Translations under genes and position numbers: made by a program
Notes under the pieces: model-generated
What the model was told of the DNA's origin: nothing
Seen by the model: the letters and a program-made list of their open reading frames with translations, nothing else
Databases searched by the model: none
Assembly: GCA_047495785.1 (NCBI GenBank)
Contig: JBLDXI010000033.1
Span: forward strand, 2,480,001 to 2,544,000
DNA length: 64,000 nt
Direction: 5' to 3'
Origin: Lepidodermella squamata
Lineage: Eukaryota > Animalia > Gastrotricha
Shown: positions 22,670-40,000 of the stretch, one piece after another
Position numbering within the stretch: the first letter of the stretch is position 1
How the letters are laid out: each line of letters begins with the position of its first letter

Positions 22670-23983
22670 CAGTGTTGGGGATTTGATTTGAAATCAAAAT
22701 CGAAATCAAATCTCTCTTCCTCTAAAATCATTTCATGATCCCAAAATCAAATCTCAAAACACTGAAATCAAATCCCAAAATCGTAGAAATCTCTGGAAAT
22801 CCCAAAAACGCTGGGAAAACATGTCCATACCCGAATCTTGGACCATCGTTATCAGGTTTTTACTTGGATCATTGATAATTACTCACATTACATCACTTCT
22901 CACCGGAGCATGAGCAAAGTTTGAAGAAATTATGTCCATTTTGATGTCAAATAAGAAGTTTTTTGACCAGGATGGGTTTAACCCCATAAAACTGAAGTTT
23001 TTTAGTGGTAAATGGTGCTTTAATCGAGTAAATGGTGCTTTAATCAAGCTATGATTCATATTATTGACGATGTTTTTTTTGCATTTTTTTGCTGCGCTGC
23101 TCTTCGAGAAAATACGCTAAGTCAGAGATTTTAGCTGATAGCTGACAGTCACACACACACACTGATAGTACTTAGCCCCATTACCATGCGAGCGGAGCGA
23201 GCATGTGAGCCGGTCTTGGTAGTTTTTTGTGTTGCGTCATAAGTTCGGGCGGGAGAACATTTTATGATATCGAAATTTTTTTGATAGTTTTTGATTGAGG
23301 CCCCATGCTACGATGGGTTACGTTACTTCCTGGTCAATTATTTGCATATGCATACTTGCTTGTGTGCAAAAAAGCTGTGCGCGCGTGCAATTTGACAAAA
23401 AAAAACTAGCAACACGAGCTGGGAGCGATCTCTTAGCACTAAATTCGTTGCACTGTTATCGAGTTTTCGCAATAAAAACTGTTGTGCATATGCAAAACAG
23501 ACAGCGCGGCGATCCTCGCTTCACCCAAAGAGGTGGTTCCATGATTTTTTCCGGATTAGCTCATCTCGTCTAGCTCGTAGTTATGCCGCTTTTCCGCTTC
23601 AGAAGTATGGAACTTGCGTCGAAACCGCGCCCCGGCCCAGGCGGGCCCGGGAAACCGGCTTCGGGAGCCCTTTGCAAGGGTTCTCAGTTGTCTGGTTTTC
23701 CGGGTCGCCTGTGCCGGGGCGCTTTTCTGCACTAGTTTTGATTAAAACACCATTTACTATTTAGACTACCGGGGTATATGATTATCTCGGCAGTTAGCGC
23801 ATAAGGATCACTATTTTCCTCACGATGCTCATTGCCGTATTTGATTTTGAAATCCCTGAAATCAAGTTTTTTCGCGCCAATCAAATCTTTATTTTTTGAA
23901 ATCAATCCCTGAAATCAAATCACAGTCAAAAATGGTCTAAAATCGTGAAAATCAAAATCTGAAAAATCAAATCCCCAACACTG
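22670..23983. mobile_element. 1314-bp non-autonomous hAT-family DNA transposon
   Basis: 20-bp TIR CAGTGTTGGGGATTTGATTT / AAATCAAATCCCCAACACTG and a perfect 8-bp TSD TATACGGT (22662-22669, 23984-23991). Many subterminal AAATC motifs at both ends. No transposase ORF. Confidence 0.92.
23627..23735 (+). other. GC-rich ~29-bp-stem hairpin followed by CTAG, inside the hAT element (Helitron-like 3' end)
   Basis: gcgccccggcccaggcgggcccgggaaacc pairs with ggttttccgggtcgcctgtgccggggcgc (ending at 23722). CTAG at 23732-23735, followed by TTTT. Confidence 0.45.
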
Positions 23984-24394
23984 TATACGGTCCGCAAAAT
24001 ATGTCCGCAAAATAATACACACCCAAAAATAAAAAATGCGCACATCTGCGATCTTCATTCTCGACTCGATTTACAGTGTCAAAGTCCAACTATTTTTGCC
24101 GGGTGTGGTCGCGAGGTTGGGTCGGTGGGAGCGGTCGCGCTGGTGGTTAACAATAAATGGGGCTTGTTCGGTAAAGCTATAAGCATTCGTCGTGGTCGCG
24201 AAATCATGATCGTGGCGTAGCGGCTAAAGGGGTGATACTGCTAGGGAGAACGATGGTAACGAACGTACGTACCTGAAGTTGGCGGACCAATTACAGCGAA
24301 ATCTAGTATTTATCTGCTGAAACTCAACAAATTTGAAAAAGAAAAATGTAGTATAGGTATGGTATGTCGATTTTTGAAATTCATTAAAATTGTA

Positions 24395-25001
24395 CCGTAA
24401 TTTGGGGTGACTTTGACATATCAAAAATGGGTGACTTTGGCCACTCAAATATCGAAGCCGGCAAGGTAAAGACCCCATGAGTGGGATACCGCTGGATAGC
24501 CCAAGGAAAACCAGGCCTAGATGTGTACAATGTACACCAATCCGACTTATTACCGAGTAAAAAATAACAGGTAAAGTAAAGGGAAATTAAAAAAAGTTCG
24601 ATTTCCGGTAGAATCCATGCAATCAAAAATTGAAATCGAATGCCATTTTCGAACCACTCTGTTTACAGGCCCACTCATGGGGTGTTTATGTTATCGGCTT
24701 CAATATTTGAGTGGTCAAAGGTAAAAAGTCACCCCATCAGCAGCTAACATGTGTTTCGGGTGACTTTGACCACGTTACCTGTCCACTACAATTAATGCTT
24801 GTACCTGATACATTGTACCTGTACCTGTACCTTGTACCTGTAGTTACCTAGACTGCACTATCTGTTTCTACTCATTACTGGCTTTCCGGCGACATCCATA
24901 TTGAGGGGGTTAGCTTGTCAATTTGCAAAGATTTTATCGCAAAAACCTATGCTTATGTCACCCAACTAACCAAACCAAACCCAACTAACCCCAAATTACG
25001 G
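24395..25001. mobile_element. 607-bp non-autonomous pogo/Tc2-like MITE
   Basis: 14-bp TIR CCGTAATTTGGGGT / ACCCCAAATTACGG with TA flanks (24393-94, 25002-03). Internal ~50-bp inverted repeat (~24435-24485 vs ~24670-24720), repeated GGGTGACTTTG motifs, and a TGTACC(T) mini-array at ~24800-24845. Confidence 0.8.
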
Positions 25002-25065
25002 TAATGGGCGGATAGAACGTTATAGGTGGCATAAAAAGTGGTAGCGTGCCGCGCTTTTTGCAATA

Positions 25066-25129
25066 ACAGCTCGAATAAATTCACTATAGGAAGATCGTTT
25101 GCTTGCTATCTGTTACAGTGTTGCCTATG
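25066..25129 (-). repeat. 64-bp dispersed repeat, inverted copy of 2456-2519
   Basis: 58/64 identity to 2456-2519 in the opposite orientation. Confidence 0.8.
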
Positions 25130-26849
25130 GTTTGTTGAATAAAGAATTTATAGTCAATTGGCTAACAAAAGAAGAGGACTCAGATTTTCTTATTTTTATT
25201 ATTTCGATCAATTCCCATCAAATCGACGCATGCATTTTCCAATAATTTTTTCTCATAGCATTAACATCGTAGCCATACGATTATTTAGCACATTGTATCT
25301 TCATTAATTTATATATAAGTAATCATACAAAAAGATCCTGCCATATCGCCATACAAAAGCGGGCTTAAAAACGAAAAAGAGCGAGTGAGAGAGAGCATGA
25401 CCGTCGAAATTCTAGACACAATCAAGTAATATGAGAAATTTGCTGAATACATAAAAACACAGCAACCATTTTTTACGGGTAAGAATGCCAAGTTTACGAG
25501 CAGGAGGCTTGACTGTTACTCAGAGAACGTGGCAGCAACAACGATGAAGAGAGACGATAAATGGGCTACGAGACACCGATAAAGAAAGATTTCAATCGAC
25601 ACGCAAGGAGCATGTTGGCATGTAGTAATACTACAGCTACCTATTTTCCATAAATAATCAGACGAAAAACAGTTAGTGCGAATGGTCTGGTCGCGGTTTG
25701 ATCTAATAATACGAAACTAGAAGAATAAGGTATAAACCATTGAGCGCGATCAGCTTTTTTTTTAAGAATGAAGTATAGTAGTATAAGATTGGCGTGTTTC
25801 AAATTAAATTTTTTAAACAATTCCACACGAAAAGCACAACCGACATAGATGTTTTCATCAAAATACGGCGGGAAGTGTACACGCGAGTTTCTAAGCTCGG
25901 AAACGGAAGCCGACTTAAGCCTTTGTTCTTGTTCAATTTTTCATTTATATTACTAGTAATACCTGCGATGATGATCATTTTAGTATAGGTAAACCGAAAT
26001 GCGAGGAAAGCCGACAACAACAACCAGGCGAAGAGCATCATCGCGAATAATTACGACCGCGTTAAAAGACAGTCGGAAGGCGATAAAATAAACAAACTCA
26101 CAAGTTCACAAAGGCACCCCAAATTTAGCTATTTATGATACGATGCAACGCATAGATCTCGGTTTGATCAACACCAACGCATAAGATGCCTGTCAATGGC
26201 GATCGGCTAGCATATAGACCAGATGTTCCCGCGCGCGTGAAGCAAAACCGAAAATAATGATAACAATAATTTATATATAAACTTTCTCCTCAACATCAGA
26301 CATTGATCTGTGTAACAATAACAAAGAATATATAATATGATTATGATAATAATTGGTGTTGTAATAATCCTTCATGATGGCATAGAGCAATTTGCAAGAT
26401 AGTGTTTTTATTATTGGTAGTAAAGAAAATATTGTTGATTCAGATCAACAAGATATGCCCCTGTTTTAAGTTACAAGTGCGCTGTGTTTGATTGAATGCA
26501 AGAAAAGCGATACACACGCGTGGACAAAAGCATGTCACCGTGAAATCTCTTTAGTGGAAGTCATCATCGATCGTGTTACTACTCTACGATTCGATATTTT
26601 CATGAAGACGGCATTAAAAAAGAAAGATTTGGTTGCTCTTCATCTATATGGTACAGCAAAGGGTGATTGACGATCTTGAAAAGAAGAAAAAAATCACCAG
26701 GAACGAGTGACGGTTTCTGCATATCATATCAAATTCTAACATAACTAAAAGCGAGGCACGTAGAACAAGGTTACAAATAAATAAAACAACAGCGGTTTGA
26801 GTTTTCTCCGAAGCCGCAATATCTTTATTCATCTGTTCATTAGCGTGTC

Positions 26850-31010
<4,161 letters not shown>

Positions 31011-34000
31011 TTTATTACATAATGATCTATTGCCAATTAAATGTTTAACAGATAGAAAAAAATGGCATAAGTAAAGGAGAAAGATAACCCAAAATCATTT
31101 TGGCCCCTTTTTCGGAAGCTGACAAGCTCAACCTCTTGGTTTGATTGCAAGCTATCCTAATGCATTTTTGGAGTGGTTTGAGGATCAAGAGAAGTAAAAA
31201 CAGGAGCGAAAAATGAAACAGAGAATATGCATAAGCATTTCCACACATAAGGGCCAAGTTATATTAAGCCCAACTGTGAATAACAAAATTAGAGGGTGGA
31301 GAATAAGACTTCCGACCGCGATCCAAGTCAGTGGCCAGTGTGACTAGATCAAATACCCTAGCGACTCTAACCAAACTTTCGCCAGCTAGGTACCTAGAGT
31401 AACGGAAAACGATCATGTATCATAACGATGAGGGCTTTCCACCCAGTTCAAGGTTTTGTTACCGACAAAGACACAGCGGCTTTCTCAGATAATGTCGGGT
31501 AGCGCGATCAGGTCCTGCTACTAGCCAGTTCCCTCAGGTGGGAGAGGCTTCATGGCAATTCTTCTTAAAATGTCTTATCACCCTGCCGAAAACACTTACC
31601 GAAGACCTCCATGAAGTTCTCAGATCTCAGATACCAAACGACATCCAAAATGACCACCACAACTGTATTAATCGTATTCAAAGTGTTTTTCCATGGCAAC
31701 CTGAGCGGGTGTATATGCTGGGAACCACAGAATATGACATAGCCACCATCTTCGCCTCTTGACCACCACAAATAGTGGTTCTTTTTTCGTTTGTGCCAGG
31801 GCAATGTAACAAGTCGCTATTAGATGTAGTTAATAAGGGCTTCTGGCTTCTAAATTTATGTTTTGGCACGTCATGGAGTTCGGCAGCAACACATCGTCGG
31901 GTAAGAGATCTGAGACCTTAAAGCGACCACAACGGCGCACTAACTTTCGACTAGATCCTGAAACTATCTCCAATAACGGGAAAGGCTGATGAAAAATTCC
32001 GGTCATCGCCTCACGTTTACAGCAGACAGCAACTTAACAAGTCTTTGATATAGGGCCGATAAAAGCTTCTGACGATGCCACTTCGCGAACGGAGAAATGC
32101 CAACGCAATGAGCTGAAATGCTATTCGGGCCAGAGGCCAGTGAGGTGATTGAAACTAGTGGGTGACAGATTATACGCTATCTTAGCGTTTTTGGCGTTTG
32201 TTGGAGTGATTCTGGCCAAGTGATGATGCTAGGCGAACCTGGTTAGTTACAGATCACTGCTCTAGTCAAACCAAAAATATTTGAAAAATCTCCAATGAAT
32301 TCAACAAATAATTCGATACCTTTTCAAATACTTTTCACAGTATTCAAAATTTAATTACTACAAATAAATCATCGTCGGTAAATGATGGTAATAGTAAGAT
32401 TGGATATATTATTTTAAATTTTTTTATCTAAATAGCGTCCCTCGTTACGTCAGGCAGACCCTTGAAGTGCGATAGGCTGTCAGCGCTGAAAGTAATGCCA
32501 GGGACGCAAGGAACGTTGGGGGTAGCGCCGGGACGGGAACCCAGGTTGGATGTCAGGTTCGTACCTACTAGGGACGCCAATTTCCCTGACAGGTTGATCA
32601 TTTTCCGAGTAAAATCATACTTTCACAAGTTCAAGGACTGGGTTTGCATCACCTAAGAAATCCGCTTTGGATGAAGAATTCTGAAAAAATCGATCGCCTC
32701 CCTCACATTCAGCACTAAATATTGCTATTTCTAATTTAATGTATGCCAGATAACCTTTTCTTGGCTGTTATTGGAAATAATGCGCTACTAAATGTCTGCA
32801 ATGCTGTGTTTGAAGGAGAGCAGAGAAAAATAATAACGTGTGTCGAGGTCTGAAGTCGTTCAAATATCAGCTGATCGCCCGCTCACGACACATTTGCGAA
32901 TTAGCCATGACAGTTAATTGCGCCTGTTTTCTGAGCAAAGAAAGTAATCCTGCAGTAGACATTTCGGCCGCCAGCCTGAAATTGGGACAAATGCTCTGAA
33001 GCAGTTCTTGTGCACAAAACACAAGAAATTCATATTGCTGTGCCAATCTGTTTCATAGGTTTTCGAGCACGTAATCGCAATAAACGAAAAAGTCATTGTT
33101 TATGGGCGAAAAGACGCATGCTTCGTCACCGAAAACACCAGAGGTTCACGCTCCCACAATTCAAGCTCACGCTCACAGGTAAAGCTACAAATGCGATTGA
33201 GTGTATGAGTGAATTCAAAATCAGCCATTGAATCAAAGTAAAATCGTCTGGACTTGCGAAAAGCGGTTTTCCATATACCATAAACTCCTCTCAAATATAC
33301 TCTTTCGATTTTTTCAAGAAATTCACCTGACTGGCAAAGTATAAAACGCCAAAAAGTGGCCGAATTTAGAGCGGGATGCTTCTCTAGCCGCGCGTCTTGT
33401 AGTCATATTCAATAATAAGCAAACACAAAGAACTTCAAACTTCGGAAACCGTTGTAATTGACCAGGGAGAATCCGAGAAAATACTCTCGAGATCCTGGGA
33501 CGCATCCTAGCTGCCCAGGTAAGCCACCTTAACTGGATTTTTCGTCCAAACCTGTCCAGGCGGTGCTGATGAAAAATTCAGATCACCATCGCAATCATCG
33601 TCATTTGCTACGGTATATATCAAATCCTCACGTTTGCTATGTATGCTGCTGTCAGATATAACGGAAGTTGGTCCATAACACATGATGAGACTCTCAGAAT
33701 AAGTGGACAAGTATTAACCCGCTGCTATGTTCAGTTAGGTGTATTTTATACGCCCTTACTTCATTTTCGGCTGCCGACCTTAGTTACTACTCAACAACTT
33801 TCGGGATTTCTATAACCATAATAACACTTGTCGCATCACACGACGCGTATTTCACAATGAAATGAAAATCAATGGTTAACATTTCAAAGTTCTTTGTTTT
33901 ATTGCCGGAGCTTGCTAAGAAATTACTGTCTTATAATTGCTCAACTAAAATCATTATTGGCCTAAGTAATTTTAAAACAAAATCATGGGGTGAAAGCAAG

Positions 34001-34063
34001 CAACAGCGTCGACTTGGGTCTTTCAGTGGCATGAAACATGGTTAAGACCATGAGGCGATTTGT

Positions 34064-37000
34064 CTAGAATTCTTCACTCTCCTCGTCCATATTGCTGTAA
34101 ATTGCGGGTATGGATTGGGATATAGCAGCGGGAGGTTGAAGGGTCTAAAAGAAACCATGATAAATTTCAGCGCGTATTACACATTGAAAAGACTTACTGA
34201 AGTAGTTGGCGCGGCTGCTGGTTGAGGAACTTGAGCAGCGGCATAAACCGGTTGGCTGACAGGCGGCGCAGCATAGACACTAGTCGCGGCGGTGACCTGC
34301 GTCACATACTCGGTCGGGCGCGATTCAATCGGCGCTGGCACCGGCTGAGATGGGGCTGGTTTCTGGGTAGTAAATTCCGTGTTGTTGGTGGTTGCTACAG
34401 CTCCGCCGTAGGCAGTTTCGACTTTTTGAGGCGCACGAATTTCGATCTGAGGCACGCTCTCGTTAGACGATGAGCGGCGCCTATAGTTATTCATTTCGGC
34501 ACCGTCACCCTTCTGCTCCTTCAATGCCTTGTTCTTCTTTTGGACGAGGCAGACGCAGCCGAGAATGACGAGGATCAGAACGAAGCAAGCACTGCCTAAA
34601 ACAGCGCCAACAACGACCAAGTTCTGGCGGTCACTTGCGCCATCGACGACTTCGACATCGCATTTATCACCCGCCCATCCAGATTGGCATCTTTAAAAAA
34701 TGAACCGAGGCATGGAACTACATGAAATAATATAAGAATTTAAAAGCTTACGCGCAGATGGGATTTTCGCCGACGAGAACGCAAGTGCCTTTTTCGCCAC
34801 ACGCAACGCCGTCGCATTTAGAGACACATACACCCGGCCTGGAAATGAAACCGGACGGGCAAGTGTCGCAGGTGACTCCGGTGAATCCGTTGACGCAAGA
34901 GCACATGAAGCCGGTATCGGTGAGCGTGCACTTGCCTTCATTCTTGCAAGGTTTGTCATCGCAAGCGCCGACACACTTGCCGTTGACCAGGTTGTAGCCA
35001 GCACGGCATCTCTCGCAATTGGTACCTTCGAAGTTATCCTTACAGCTGCAGACATAGCTCGATCCAGCCAGGGCGCAAGTAGCACCGTTTTGACAAGGCT
35101 TGGCGTCACATTTGTCTGTAAAATGAATGGGGGTTGAGAGGAGACAGCAAATAGAAATTCGATAAATACTTACTCGTGCATTTGCCATTATCGTCGACGT
35201 AGAAGTCGTTACAGACGCATTTGAAGTCATCAGTGCCAGCAGTTCGGACACATTTCGAGTTCGGCTTCGATTTATCGCACTCGCTCTGGCAGTTGTCGTC
35301 GCAGGTAGTTACTGATTTCGGGTTCGTAATGAATCCCTTGCGACAATTGCATTGCGTAACGCCGTTGACCGAGTCGAACTTGCAAGTAGTCGAATGCGTG
35401 TCGCACTTGTCATCGGTGTCACACGGGTCCTCAACAGCGGCTGACAGAGAGGCGACATCGACACCCTTGACGCCGTCGATGGAAAGGCCGGAGTCGAAAA
35501 AGGATTTCTGTGCAGCTACAACATCGTCAGGCTTCAAGTCGCTGTCAGAATTGGCAACGTAGTCGGCTTCAATCGGGTCCTGAGCTCGGCCATCCACGCT
35601 GCGTTTCACCAAGGAAGCCTTGCCGTTCTTCAGCTTTCGGATAACGATAGATGTTACGCTAAGCTTCAAATCGGTCAGATACCAATCGTATAACTAAAAT
35701 AAATGGGATGATTCACACCCATCTAGAATTAGAAAAATTGATGAATGGCTTACATTCTTCTGAAGAACAGCGGTTACATCCTTGAAGTCCTGTGAACTAG
35801 GATCGGCAAGTTCGTTCGACCAGCCGACTTCACGGTTTCCAACCAGGACGGTATCGAACTTGATCTTGGCGGCCACTTGAGTAGGCACCTTGACGCAAGT
35901 CTGGTTGGTCGCACTCTGAGGGGCATAACCACTCTTGCAGCTACAAGCCCATGAACCAGGGGTGTTTGTGCATTGGAAGGCCGGGCCGTTCTTGAAACAG
36001 TCGTGGGTGCCAAGTAGACACTCGTCGACGTCTACGCAGACCGTGCTACTGCCTGGCTGCGGGTTGAAGCCTGTCTTGCAGCGGCACTGGAACGAGCCAT
36101 CAGTTGCGAGGTAGCAGTTTCCGTTTGTGCAGAAATCAGCTGGGCATATCTTCGGTCGGCAGACGCCGTTTGTTTCAGTAAAACCTGGCGGGCACTTATC
36201 GCAAACGAATCCCTGCAAAACATATCATAATAGAAAATTGAAGTTATCACATGGAAAGAGAGCGTACGGTCTTGGCAGACTCGTCAATCTTGCAGGTAAC
36301 ACCGCCTCCGCACGGGTTCTCATCGCAAGGGTCGAACTTTTCTTGACAGAAACGGCCTCGAGTTGTCGGCGGGCAGTTGCAAGGAATGAAGTAGTTGTGC
36401 ACTGCGAATGTACACGGTTAAAATAGTAAGAATTAATGGAATGAGTGTAACCTACTTTCATTCTTATCACGGGTGAAGATCGGCCTGGAGGTGTATTGAG
36501 GATCGCAGAACCCGGAAGCCTCACAAACGCAGGTAAAGAGTGCTGGGGACCACACAGTGGAAACTTTGCCAACTGTTGCGATAAACTTGACGTAAGGCGC
36601 ATCAGTCATCGTGCGGACGTTGTCACGCAGTTCTTTCGTAGCGCGAACGCTGAAATCGCCGTTCTTCGGGTCGAAGTTGTACCAATCTTTGTTCAGATTG
36701 GTCTCAACATCAAAGGTCAAGCCCTCTTCATTTTCATCCACCATCTGCACGTCGATCTTGAACTGGCGGCCAAAGTCGGTAAGCTGCCATTCGAACGAGC
36801 GTTCGGTGTTATTGATGACAGGGCGCTTCAGAACAGCAAACGTTTGAGCGGTCAATAGTTTCTCGCCGAAATCACGAGTGGCACCAGCGATCTTCTTGCT
36901 TTGAGAAACAGTGTAGTCGTACTGGCACGCCTTGTCCGTACCGCAAACTTCTGCAATGTCCTTTGGTGCGTTCGGCAAGTTGTCGTTGAAGAATGGTTCA

Positions 37001-40000
37001 TAGGCGTCGGCAACAATGTTGATCGCATCGAATTGCGGGCCAGTTTTGTACGAGAACAGAGACTGATCCTTGGTCCTCAATTTGACTAAAACAAAATTGC
37101 TTTAATAACACAAAGAGCGCATGTTTCTAACTACTAACATTGTTGGGAGAATTTGTAGGCCGATCTGTCATTGGTCCAGATATCTTCTGACTCAGCAGCG
37201 TTGCCTTCGCAGTCGACATGTGGCTCGATGTCAATGTCGAACGACGTCATCAGACCGCAAGTGGCGACGTTAGATTGTTCGGCCATGTTACGGGGCACTG
37301 AGACACGCACGTTGAAGTAAGAGCCGTCGATGTGATAGATGTGGAGAGCAAAGCCATTGCTCGTTACGATGCCGATGAAGTTCTCTTCAGACCAGATATC
37401 GTACGAAGAATCGTCGGCTACATCGTGAAGGAATGGCAGATTAATGCTCGGGAGATCGACAAAATTGCCGTTCCTGTACACCACGATATTGCCGCCCTCT
37501 CTGAAACAGGTTTGAATGATTAAGTAATGATTATGATTTAGCGGAATATCACTCACTGCAAAACTTCGAGCTTGTCGCCATTTTTGCCGATTTGAACAGC
37601 GACACCAGTCAAGAATGTGGCTTTCGCAATATTCTCTCGGAAGGCGAAGCGTCCCTGAACATTGATGTCACTGATACGTAGAATGCAAAATAAATAATCG
37701 ATCTGAAAGAGATGTCTCATAATGACTTACCCAAGGTCAGGATCGGCTGTCAGCGTTTTAAGCAGCGTGTACTCGCCTCGGCCGTTGAATGTGATCTGGC
37801 GGTTGATCTTGTCGCCACGGCGGTAGGGCATGCCGATGTGGGGATCACCGCGGATGAACGCGATGATCGGCTGATCGTAGTATTCAGGCGAAATGAACTC
37901 GGCCTTGTTTCGTAGTTGATATTCTTCGCAGTAGGGCGAGTTGCGACAGCACGGGTTGAAGAGGGCCTCCTGTTGCGCGCGGAACTCCTTAATTTGGAAC
38001 CAGGAGCCGATGTGGCCTCGGCGCCAGCCAAGGAACGATCCAGATTTCCTGAGTCAATTTTAAAAGAATCATCTCAAAATGTATGAATAATTGCCTACAT
38101 GTCGTAGCAACAGAACGACCGGACTTGGTACTGTTTGTTCGTCTTCACGTCCTTGACTTTGTTCCAGAAGCTGCCGCCGTAGCACATGGCTTCACCGAGT
38201 TGGATCTCACGCTGCCAGCGGGCGTCCAGGTTCATTTGAGTCTCAAAAGCCGGGCAAGCCGAGTGTCGAGTAATACCACTCTCGGCATTATCGATGTTGT
38301 TAATGATGGTTTGCAAGTCGAGAGGGTATTTTACCATCTCAGTGATACATTTGCGGTTTTCAATGAAATCCAAAGGCTCACCAAATGCAGTGACAAGACG
38401 ACCGCGAAGTTCTAATAAAAAACAAATTACACCATGTATATTTGATCAAGTCAAACAATCTAGTTTTGGACAAAGATCCAACCCTAAATTTCAAAGCTAG
38501 CAGAATTTTTATCACCCATGGTTCGGAATCTTGGGCTGTTGCTTCACTTACGAGGATTCGGCCGATTGAAGACTTCCTGGAAGTTTGATGGGTCATTATT
38601 AGATGGCAGAGGTTCGAATCGGATCTCCTCGTTGCCAATGGTGTATCCGATACGAGGCTGAAGTTCAGGCGACTGTGCGAAGGTCGGGAACTGGTTGTCA
38701 CTAGGATTCTCCAAGTAATTGTAGATGGCAAAGGAGAAAGCAGAGTTGGCGCCCATCACCAGCTGGAAGGTGACTTTTCTATCGTTGAAGAGCGAGACGG
38801 GAGCAGGAACGACCTTGACCCAAGTCATGATCAGGACCGAAAGTGGAACAAGATCATTGGGGTCCAGGCCTGGGTTGTCGGCCATTGGATACTGAAGTCT
38901 CAGTTGTTCCTTGATCATTGGGAAGATGGGCTCCCATTTCTTCAAGGTATCTGCGTCATTGTCGTCCAGCGAGTCGTAAGTATCAATCCACAATCCAGAG
39001 TCTGGATCAGTGCTAACGTCAAGATCTGTCCAGAAGGGAGCCACCACGTGGGTGCTCACCTTCAGACCGAAATACTTGAACGGTGGAGGGTGGTCAAGAC
39101 CGACGAAGCCGTCGAAGCCAGGCTGTTTTACAAGAAAAGTAAACTAAAAAAGTAACATAAGCTTTTCGGCACTTACGTAAGCGTAGTGAAGGATAGCGCC
39201 ACCGTTTTCGCGACCACCCCAGTAAGAGAAGCCACCACGGATAGGAAGGCCGGGATGAACATAGTCGCCATCCTTGATAAGCACCTGATCGGCGCCACCA
39301 AGCTTGTACGGGTAGAGCATTTTGCTGCGTTTTGCGTAGCAAATCTTGCTGGAACCATCAGCATCGTCATAGTCGTCACCGCACACGCACTTGTACCCGC
39401 CGGGGACGTTGACGCACTTGGCAACGTCAGGGCAGTTGTAGGTGCCTTCTATGCACTCGTCAATATCTGTTTACGAGATCAATATATAACCATTTTTCAT
39501 TCGTTGAAAGCTTTACCGTCGCAAGTCTTGCCAGTAGCGTTCCAACGATAGCCGGCATCACACAAGCATTCATAGGTCTTATCGTAGTTCTTGCAGCCGT
39601 AAGCATTGAGGACATCAGAGCAAGACTTGGCGAGCTCGCAGTTCGCTGTTAAAAAAAATTATTAATATTTTGGCTCGACTTTTTAAAAGCTAATCGCTTA
39701 CATTGACATTTCTTGCCATCACCCTGGAATCCAGGCTTGCAAGTGCACTGGAACTGGGTCGAGCTAGTAGGAACGCAGTTAGCATTTGGATCGCAGCTGT
39801 CAGGTTTGCAGATTGGCGGAGCAGCTATATAAAATGCAAGGTTTATTCCGCGAAACATGGATTAAAACTGTTTGGTAACTTACGGACGCATTTGCCGGTA
39901 TCAGCGCTGGGAATAGTTCCGGTAGCACAGATGCACTTGGGCACGGCGGCTGGGTCCACTGGGTCGCGTTGACATTGCGAGTTCGGGTCCTTGACCGTGC

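Noticed and set aside
31260-33800. Scattered 60-79-aa ORFs upstream of FAM135
   Set aside because: No homology cues. More likely a long 5'-UTR intron/promoter region (a candidate acceptor lies ~20 nt upstream of the FAM135 ATG).
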